Of a stretch of DNA of 61,265 bases, positions 24,040 through 30,083 are shown piece after piece; within the stretch, counting starts at the first letter, position 1; each line of letters begins with the position of its first letter. The notes under the pieces were generated by a model. It was not told the origin of the DNA. It worked only from the letters and a program-made list of their open reading frames with translations, and did not search any database. The translations under genes were made by a program, and so were the position numbers. The stretch is from a virus: positions 1-61,265 of IMG/VR virus record IMGVR_UViG_3300037420_000518. One strand, written 5' to 3'.

Positions 24040-24142
24040 AAGTGAGAAGAGGTTTCGCTCAGCCTTATTGCCTCGCGATGTGATGACTATCCCAAGAAAT
24101 TAACCAAACGTCAATAGAAAATTAACAAGGTGAGTGAAATAC

Positions 24143-24349
24143 TCAGGGGTGACAGCCAATATCCGGTGGTAACCTGGGGTGTTGCCCGTCCCGCATCAAC
24201 GCCCGATAAAACCGCATACGGGCTTTCAAAAACCGTTTTGAGGCCCTATCCGCCTGTTCATCTGTTATCTCCCGAGATCCCAAATGCCACGCAACCAGTA
24301 TCAGACAATACCGATCTGCCGCTAACAGCCATACCCAGGGCTTGATCAT
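24143..24349 (-). CDS. Possible small DNA-binding protein (68 aa), promoter-proximal gene of the leftward arm
   Basis: ATG at 24349. 'LAADRYCLILVAWHLGSREITDEQADRASKRFLKARMRFYRAL' is loosely like sigma region 4. It competes with a 71-aa plus-strand ORF. Confidence 0.35.
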   Translation of the reverse strand: MIKPWVWLLAADRYCLILVAWHLGSREITDEQADRASKRFLKARMRFYRALMRDGQHPRLPPDIGCHP

Positions 24350-24481
24350 ACGTAAAAATACCCCAGACAGGGAAAACCTCACGCGCAACACACCCAATTC
24401 AGGGAAACCTTTACAACCAAATCAGCCTACCACTACTCCCCCAACCACTGCCCTCCTAGGAAAAGCATTGCATCGAAAACG

Positions 24482-24537
24482 GTTAACATGTTAACACTTT
24501 TACCGAATTCCAAAATCCCACGTTAACAATTGTTAAC
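24482..24537. promoter_or_regulatory. Two perfect palindromes built from four GTTAAC half-sites: GTTAAC-AT-GTTAAC (24482..24495) and GTTAAC-AATT-GTTAAC (24522..24537)
   Basis: Both palindromes lie in the divergent intergenic region, 26-81 bp upstream of the first rightward gene. Confidence 0.65.
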
Positions 24538-24562
24538 AATTTGACCCTGAAAACAGCCAAAA

Positions 24563-24871
24563 ATGTCATTCGTAAGCTCCTCAAAATCAGAACGTTTCGT
24601 AGAATTGGTTAACATTTCTCGCGAGACCCATCTGAAGCTCGCTGAAGTCGCCAAAGAGCAGGTGAATTTGGCCCATGAGATCAATCTGGAGATTATCCGA
24701 GAGGCTTTTCCGGGCGTAGAAGTGGCGCACGAAAACATTCTGGTGATCGTTAAGCCGTCTGATCTGGCGAAGTCTGCGAACGATGCTGTAGCGTATTGCC
24801 GAGAAAACGGGCTGACTCCAAGCGCGATTATCGTTGAGCCCACGCTGAAGTGGATTCTGCTCATAAAATGA
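24563..24871 (+). CDS. Hypothetical protein (102 aa), first gene of the rightward arm
   Basis: The ATG follows the operator cluster. Helical N-terminal half. Confidence 0.6.
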   Translation: MSFVSSSKSERFVELVNISRETHLKLAEVAKEQVNLAHEINLEIIREAFPGVEVAHENILVIVKPSDLAKSANDAVAYCRENGLTPSAIIVEPTLKWILLIK

Positions 24872-25221
24872 CCTCGATAAACACACCTCCACCCCACTAT
24901 ACCGGATATGGGCGAAAGCTTCTATCCGGTGAGATAGTCCCTGTTATCAGGGGTAGACCGGTACGAGATGAGCCTTCTACCCGTCGTGTAGTCAGCCGTC
25001 TGCCCCGCGTGGCGCGCTTAACTGGCCTGCGGTGTCTGGTCTCTGACGGAACCAGTTGGGAGTCGCGTGGGGTTGAGTCTCGCTCCCCTGAAGCGGCATG
25101 GAGCATTACCATGTGGCCCAGTACGTTCCCGCAGTGTAACCCCTGCGGTGCTTTCGTGGATACCCTGACGTGCGAGAGTGCGCAAACAAAACATCAATAC
25201 TTTTTAGGCATCGCTGAATGA
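24868..25221 (+). CDS. Arg-rich hypothetical protein (117 aa)
   Basis: ATGA overlaps with the neighbouring genes at both ends (24868, 25218). The composition is odd (R/P/S/G-rich) and the DNA is hairpin-rich. Confidence 0.5.
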   Translation: MTSINTPPPHYTGYGRKLLSGEIVPVIRGRPVRDEPSTRRVVSRLPRVARLTGLRCLVSDGTSWESRGVESRSPEAAWSITMWPSTFPQCNPCGAFVDTLTCESAQTKHQYFLGIAE

Positions 25222-25589
25222 ACACCCCAGGCCCAGACGCAGCAGCTTTAGCGCAATGCATTTCCGCCATCATCGTGGGATATGGTCACGGTGGTCTTAC
25301 GCACGTAGCCGAACGTCTCGGCATGTCCCCCAGTGCATTCCGAAAGCGTCTGTTGTCTAAGCCTTTTGATGAACCGACTATGAGGGCAACCCTGTTGGTT
25401 GCTCAGAGCAAAGCTGAGAACTACGCGCAATGGCCGGTGGAGACTTCGCAGATCGTGGGGCCCTACGTGATAGAGACGCGCAACGTAGACGGCGAGATTA
25501 TCCCGACTTGGCGACAGATTGAACCTGGCGAGCTAGGCGAAGATACTCAGGCTCAGGAAGATCAAGAGAGTCAACAATCTTTGTTATGA
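25218..25589 (+). CDS. Putative DNA-binding protein (123 aa)
   Basis: HTH-like 'GLTHVAERLGMSPSAFRKRLL' with an acidic C-terminal tail. Confidence 0.55.
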   Translation: MNTPGPDAAALAQCISAIIVGYGHGGLTHVAERLGMSPSAFRKRLLSKPFDEPTMRATLLVAQSKAENYAQWPVETSQIVGPYVIETRNVDGEIIPTWRQIEPGELGEDTQAQEDQESQQSLL

Positions 25590-25770
25590 TGGCACCCCAC
25601 GCCCCTTTACGCAGCCCGTTGGATTCAGCAAACCTGTTCAGCTTGGCTTTTACCTGTGGATGCAACCTCGCGTGCATCTCCACATTTGATTTCATCGGTT
25701 GCCCGGCACCAGGACGTTTGCCGCCGTTCTGGTTGCGCTTGTCACTAGGGGTATCACTGAGCTTTCCCAT
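25498..25770 (-). CDS. Ribbon-helix-helix-like protein (90 aa) on the opposite strand
   Basis: 'NGGKRPGAGQP' arm followed by 'VEMHARLHPQVKAKLNRFAESNGLRKGAWGAIITKIV'. The plus-strand ORF 25586..25792 has L/S/P/F/C shadow composition. Confidence 0.5.
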   Translation of the reverse strand: MGKLSDTPSDKRNQNGGKRPGAGQPMKSNVEMHARLHPQVKAKLNRFAESNGLRKGAWGAIITKIVDSLDLPEPEYLRLARQVQSVAKSG

Positions 25771-25784
25771 CGGAGGAAGTTGTA

Positions 25785-26429
25785 ATGGGTAAGCTGAGAA
25801 ACGCCAAGCACGAATTATTTTGCCAAAAGCTTGCCTGTGGGGTTGGTGCCAGCGAGGCGTATATGTCAGTTAACCCCGAAGCTCGTGGAGCAGCGGCCCG
25901 TGCAGCAAGCTCCCGGCTTCGCGCTCAATCCAACATAAAAGAGCGAATCGAAGAGATCCGGGCGGACATGCGGGAAGCTGACCGACTGGAAAAGGTTGAC
26001 CCAGCTATTGACCCCATTGTTATGGACCGAGTGGAAACAATCGTCAAAGCAGCGACCGAAGAAGCTTCCAAGATGGCCACAAAGCGTATAGAGGAATGCC
26101 TGAGCGAATTCCTCGATTGGGCAGAACGTCGCCGGTATCTCGCTCGAATTGTGCGCACACCGATTTGCGAAGTGTCTCCCAAAAGTGACCTCTGCCAAGA
26201 GTACAAAGAGATCCCGACCGAATATGGAACCGCAATTCAGGTCAAGATGCCGAACAAACTTCAGGCTGTGATCGAAGACGCGAAACTTGCTGGCGAGTAC
26301 GGAAACCCAGATGGAGGCGGGGACCAAAACAACGACTCGAAGCAACCTAAGGGGATTATCGTTGTGATGCCAAGCGCCATTGCGCAACCCAGAATAACCA
26401 AGCAACTACCGCCCACACTGGATGTATGA
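25785..26429 (+). CDS. terS: Terminase small subunit
   Basis: SD GGAGGA upstream. 'KHELFCQKLACGVGASEAYM...AASSRLRAQSNIKERIEEIR' fits the Terminase_2 pattern. It lies two genes before terL. Confidence 0.65.
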   Translation: MGKLRNAKHELFCQKLACGVGASEAYMSVNPEARGAAARAASSRLRAQSNIKERIEEIRADMREADRLEKVDPAIDPIVMDRVETIVKAATEEASKMATKRIEECLSEFLDWAERRRYLARIVRTPICEVSPKSDLCQEYKEIPTEYGTAIQVKMPNKLQAVIEDAKLAGEYGNPDGGGDQNNDSKQPKGIIVVMPSAIAQPRITKQLPPTLDV

Positions 26430-26755
26430 ACACACGCAAAGACTTACAACTAGACCTAATCGGCTACAAAATCGTTATGAAGCTCTACTCCCAGGTGCGA
26501 ATGATCTTCGCAGAACTTGGCGAGAGTGACACGCTGCTTCTTCGGGCACTTCGCGATGGCCACGGCATCCAATTCAACAGCCTGATTGAAGACCCGATGC
26601 TCTATTTCGTAGTGGGAAGCGACCAAATGGAGGCGCTGAAAGAGTCTGGAGCAGGAAATCCAACGTTTCTTCAGCTTCTCGGAACCTGCGAGGTGATCGA
26701 CACGAACAAAGAGCGTGCAATGCAGCGGTTTGAAAAACTCAAGCGAGGCGAGTGA
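26426..26755 (+). CDS. Hypothetical protein (109 aa) between terS and terL
   Basis: ATGA and GTGA overlaps at its two ends. Confidence 0.6.
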   Translation: MNTRKDLQLDLIGYKIVMKLYSQVRMIFAELGESDTLLLRALRDGHGIQFNSLIEDPMLYFVVGSDQMEALKESGAGNPTFLQLLGTCEVIDTNKERAMQRFEKLKRGE

Positions 26756-28353
26756 CAGCAGCCCCAGAAGTCACAGAACAGGAAACGCAGGAGTGGTACA
26801 GGCCGGGGAAGTCAATACAGGATTTTCACAATTCTAGGGCGTTTGTTCGTGTGCTGGTTGGAGGCCGGGGAAGCGGCAAAACATCGGGCATTACCGTAGA
26901 CGTAATTCGCCACTGCTGGCAGAACGCAGGCGCTAAGGCAATGCTCTTGCGTAAGACAGAAGCGTCTCAGACCGATTCCACTATTGAGACGATGCTTATT
27001 TGCTTTGAGCAGATGGGCCCGCTCTACAAAGACACGGGCGATTCTCTGTTCAAAATCTGGAACGGTGGACGAACGATCCGAATGCCGTCTCTTAAAGCTG
27101 TTGAGGCGTTCAACGAGGCGCTTCCAACATGGAAAACGAAGTCGGACCGGATGCGATGGCTGGCTAATGAGGGCACGCGTCTTTGCTCGTTTATTGAGTG
27201 CCGGGGGCTCCCGCATATCAACATTTCACAGAGCAAGCTTCGTGGCTTCGAGTGCTCAATGATGGTGTTTATTGAGGCGGATCAGATTGACGAAGCTTCG
27301 TACAACCTATCGCTCGCGTGTTTGCGATGGAAGGGTTCAGACCCCGACACGTGCGACGATAAAGGGTTCATTATCGACAAAGGAGCGATTCTCGACACCA
27401 ACCCTCCAAGCCCTTCGCACTGGATCGCAAAACTCGAAGAGGAGGAAATGAAGAAGCCAGAGGCCGAAAGTACCATGGAGTTCTGGCACATTTCCACGTA
27501 CGAGAACGAACACAACTTGCCACCGGGATACATCGAGAATTCAATCATCCTTCCGTATCGAAAAAACCCAGCGATGATCGACCGAATGCTCTGGGGACGG
27601 TACGCAGACGCATTTGATGGAAACGCGGTTTACTATGCCTTTGACCCTCAGAACCACGTAGGGGAAAACCTGCCATGGCCAAAGGGGGCTTACTTAGTGC
27701 GTGGATGGGACTTCGGGACTCGAAACTCTGTTGTCTGGTCCGCCTATTGGGTAGAGGACGGCTGCGAATACTGGCATGTACTTGCAGAGCAATACCTTGA
27801 ATCGAGCGACACGGAGCGCCAATGCCGTGAGGCTTTGAAGCTCACAGACCTTGAATTCCCATTCTGGAACAATCGCGACATTTGCGCCGGGGTGTTGGAT
27901 TTCTGCGACCCGGCTGGACGAAACAGCAGTTACTTGGTCTCAGACGCCCGGATGCGCGACCCTATTGCAGTGCTAAAAACATTCGGGATTTATCCGGGGT
28001 ACAAGACGGCTATAAACCAGCGTGGATTGCAGGTCTCAATCTCTCTCGTAAACCGACTAATGGAAAAGAGAGACGCAAAGGGGCATTTCGTGTTCCGTGT
28101 AGACCGAAAGAACTGCCATAGGCTCTACCGAGGATTCGCCGGAGGGTATCGCTATCCGAAGGTTGGAGAAGCCAATTATGGTAAAGATGAACCCCTAAAA
28201 GGTATACTTTGCGACAATTTAGACCATTTGCAGGACGGTTTCAGATATAGCGCCATAAATTGCTTACGCTTATTATGGGCAGAATTCACGAAAAAGAACC
28301 CTCCAAACTTCGCTGCGCATAGGGTGAATCCTAACCCAAATAGGCAGATTTAA
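26752..28353 (+). CDS. terL: Terminase large subunit
   Basis: 533 aa. Walker A 'VGGRGSGKTSG', Walker B-like 'MMVFIEADQ', and a C-terminal nuclease-size domain. Confidence 0.8.
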   Translation: MTAAPEVTEQETQEWYRPGKSIQDFHNSRAFVRVLVGGRGSGKTSGITVDVIRHCWQNAGAKAMLLRKTEASQTDSTIETMLICFEQMGPLYKDTGDSLFKIWNGGRTIRMPSLKAVEAFNEALPTWKTKSDRMRWLANEGTRLCSFIECRGLPHINISQSKLRGFECSMMVFIEADQIDEASYNLSLACLRWKGSDPDTCDDKGFIIDKGAILDTNPPSPSHWIAKLEEEEMKKPEAESTMEFWHISTYENEHNLPPGYIENSIILPYRKNPAMIDRMLWGRYADAFDGNAVYYAFDPQNHVGENLPWPKGAYLVRGWDFGTRNSVVWSAYWVEDGCEYWHVLAEQYLESSDTERQCREALKLTDLEFPFWNNRDICAGVLDFCDPAGRNSSYLVSDARMRDPIAVLKTFGIYPGYKTAINQRGLQVSISLVNRLMEKRDAKGHFVFRVDRKNCHRLYRGFAGGYRYPKVGEANYGKDEPLKGILCDNLDHLQDGFRYSAINCLRLLWAEFTKKNPPNFAAHRVNPNPNRQI

Positions 28354-28439
28354 AGAAAAAGTGTTTGCACAACGTTTGGATTGGGTCGTAAACAGGAGCC
28401 CGATTCAGGTTCTGTTTGTTCTCTTGCTTCATAGCGTCT

Positions 28440-28477
28440 CAGCCGGTTGGGGTAATCCCTGACCGGCTGTTTCGTTT
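28440..28477 (+). terminator. Intrinsic terminator after terL
   Basis: CAGCCGGT...ACCGGCTG 8-bp stem with an inner GGG-TAAT-CCC, followed by TTTCGTTT. Confidence 0.65.
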
Positions 28478-28533
28478 AGTGCTTGCGTTTATGGTTTCAT
28501 CGGGGTATCACGCAATGAAATATCCGGATAAAT

Positions 28534-28866
28534 ATGAAACCTTCCGACACACTGGCCGATGCTACGCCGCCCGCATCGTCTTCCTTGTCTCTTGACGCGG
28601 CGCAAACAAAAAGTGCTGGTCTGTCGGATGTGATGGACGGCGACCAAGTTACAATCACGGCTACCGTCAATCGCGACGGCGACATGCTGACACTCAAAGA
28701 TGTCACGGTAGAAAAAGCTGGCGGGACTGGTGAACCTGAAGATCAGGAGGACCAATCCGCATCAACTAAGGGTACACCACCAGAGACCGCCGCCGAGCGC
28801 ATGGGTATCAAACCCAAGAAATCCAAGTCACTCTCACCGGCTGACGCACTAGGGGAGGAATACTAA
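28534..28866 (+). CDS. Hypothetical acidic low-complexity protein (110 aa)
   Basis: Co-oriented ORF in the head module. Confidence 0.55.
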   Translation: MKPSDTLADATPPASSSLSLDAAQTKSAGLSDVMDGDQVTITATVNRDGDMLTLKDVTVEKAGGTGEPEDQEDQSASTKGTPPETAAERMGIKPKKSKSLSPADALGEEY

Positions 28867-28867
28867 T

Positions 28868-29062
28868 ATGGGCCTCGGAAACAAACTCTGGGATCTCCCA
28901 AAAGAATCGGACGCTGGGCACGCCAAGGTGGAGAAGCAGTCTCCAATGGATCGCTGGTGCACTCCTCAGAACGACGTGAACAACCAGACGGCTACAAACG
29001 CCTTTGAGCATCCCGATTTTGAGAAGCAGAAGGAAGAGCGCCAAGCACGGAGGGAACGGTAA
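28868..29062 (+). CDS. Hypothetical protein (64 aa)
   Basis: The ATG lies 2 nt after the upstream stop. Confidence 0.5.
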   Translation: MGLGNKLWDLPKESDAGHAKVEKQSPMDRWCTPQNDVNNQTATNAFEHPDFEKQKEERQARRER

Positions 29063-29370
29063 TGGCCATACCTCTGTTTGATTACGGTTCGGATATGCCA
29101 ATGGGGCAATCTGCTAAACCGCCCATGGATGCAGCAAGTGTTGTTGCTCCGGTTCCAGCCGCACCGCCGCAAGCCGCTGGCGTTATGCAGTCACCTCAGG
29201 GTGGTGCAATGGGATTTCCCGCTCCATCTGCACCAACAGAACCGCCTTTCGTTGTAGAGCTTCAGCCCGATGGTTCCAGCATCTATAAGAGCAAGACGGA
29301 ACCTCCCATTGTCCTGGGTGTGAACAAACCACCTAAGCTTCCCAAGGCTCTGAATGGAGGTGCACAGTGA
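29062..29370 (+). CDS. Hypothetical Pro/Ala-rich protein (102 aa)
   Basis: TAATG overlap. Confidence 0.55.
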   Translation: MAIPLFDYGSDMPMGQSAKPPMDAASVVAPVPAAPPQAAGVMQSPQGGAMGFPAPSAPTEPPFVVELQPDGSSIYKSKTEPPIVLGVNKPPKLPKALNGGAQ

Positions 29371-29534
29371 AGACGTTTTTGGTTTCCATTCCAGGTTACG
29401 CGACTCCTGTTAGGGTAGAGGCCGATCGCTACGGTATTGATGACGGTGTCCTGTATTTGTTCGATACATCAAACACTGTTGTGGCGTGTTTCAGTAGGTG
29501 GGATTTCTTCTTGTTTTCCCTTCCCAATGAATGA
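29367..29534 (+). CDS. Small protein (55 aa), GTG start, not in the ORF track
   Basis: GTGA overlap upstream. The stop overlaps the next start by 8 nt. Confidence 0.4.
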   Translation: MKTFLVSIPGYATPVRVEADRYGIDDGVLYLFDTSNTVVACFSRWDFFLFSLPNE

Positions 29535-29853
29535 AAAGCCGTTCAACCCCGACGATGAGGACAACGATGTTCTGTTCACATGTGAATTGTGCGGTAAGCA
29601 ATTCGAGCCGACTCCTGACGCAATGGTCGAATGGGAATGGGGGCCAGAGCTTCTTACACCTGAACAATCGCAATCGCTTGCTCACCTAACCGTAGAGGAT
29701 TTGGAGGAAATGGAGCATCTGGATTATCAAGCGGTCGGATTGACCAAAAATGAGGTCCAGAAGTTACTAAATGGGGATCGGGTTAAAAAAGGAGGATGCG
29801 TTTGCTTGCAGTGCCAAGATGAATTTATAGAGGAAAACCCCGAATCAAAATGA
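29527..29853 (+). CDS. Acidic zinc-ribbon protein (108 aa)
   Basis: 'CELCGKQF...GGCVCLQCQDE'. The internal ATG at 29527 was chosen. Confidence 0.55.
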   Translation: MNEKPFNPDDEDNDVLFTCELCGKQFEPTPDAMVEWEWGPELLTPEQSQSLAHLTVEDLEEMEHLDYQAVGLTKNEVQKLLNGDRVKKGGCVCLQCQDEFIEENPESK

Positions 29854-30083
29854 TTTCCACTCCTAAAATCCCAGTGCTCAAAAAGGTTGAGTCTACTACA
29901 ATTAAGGGCATTGGACATAGAGACTCGACTTTGTTCTTGGAGTTCATTAGCGGATCGGTCTATAGCTATGCCAACGTGAACGAGGCGCTGTATTTGTCCA
30001 TTCTCCACGCTTCATCTGTTGGTAAGGCGTTCGCCAAGGTGCGAGACGACTCGAAAAAATACCCGTTCAAGAAACTGCAATAG
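29850..30083 (+). CDS. KTSC-domain protein (77 aa)
   Basis: 'VESTTIKGIGHRDSTLFLEFISGSVYSYANVNEALYLSILHASSVGKAFAKVR' matches the KTSC pattern. Confidence 0.6.
   Translation: MISTPKIPVLKKVESTTIKGIGHRDSTLFLEFISGSVYSYANVNEALYLSILHASSVGKAFAKVRDDSKKYPFKKLQ

Noticed and set aside
24130-24345. 71-aa plus-strand ORF in the divergent control region
   Set aside because: It has a Pro/Thr/Ser-rich composition and no SD. It overlaps the somewhat more protein-like minus-strand ORF. Neither is strongly supported, and only the minus-strand one is listed, at low confidence.
24872-25217. Possible ~340-nt structured ncRNA or group I intron between two small genes
   Set aside because: A 117-aa frame is open throughout and overlaps both neighbours by ATGA. 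I saw no flanking exon continuity or P/Q/R/S-like core. I recorded it as a CDS and noted the hairpins as a low-interest finding.
25586-25792. 68-aa plus-strand ORF with an ATGA overlap to the upstream gene
   Set aside because: Its L/S/P/F/C/G-rich composition looks like the antisense of the Lys/Arg/Glu-rich RHH-like minus-strand ORF. I kept it as the alternative hypothesis in the finding for 25498-25770.
25866-26405. 179-aa minus-strand ORF within terS
   Set aside because: It is antisense to the terminase small subunit gene and has no motifs. Other overlapping minus-strand ORFs in different frames show that the region is simply free of stops.
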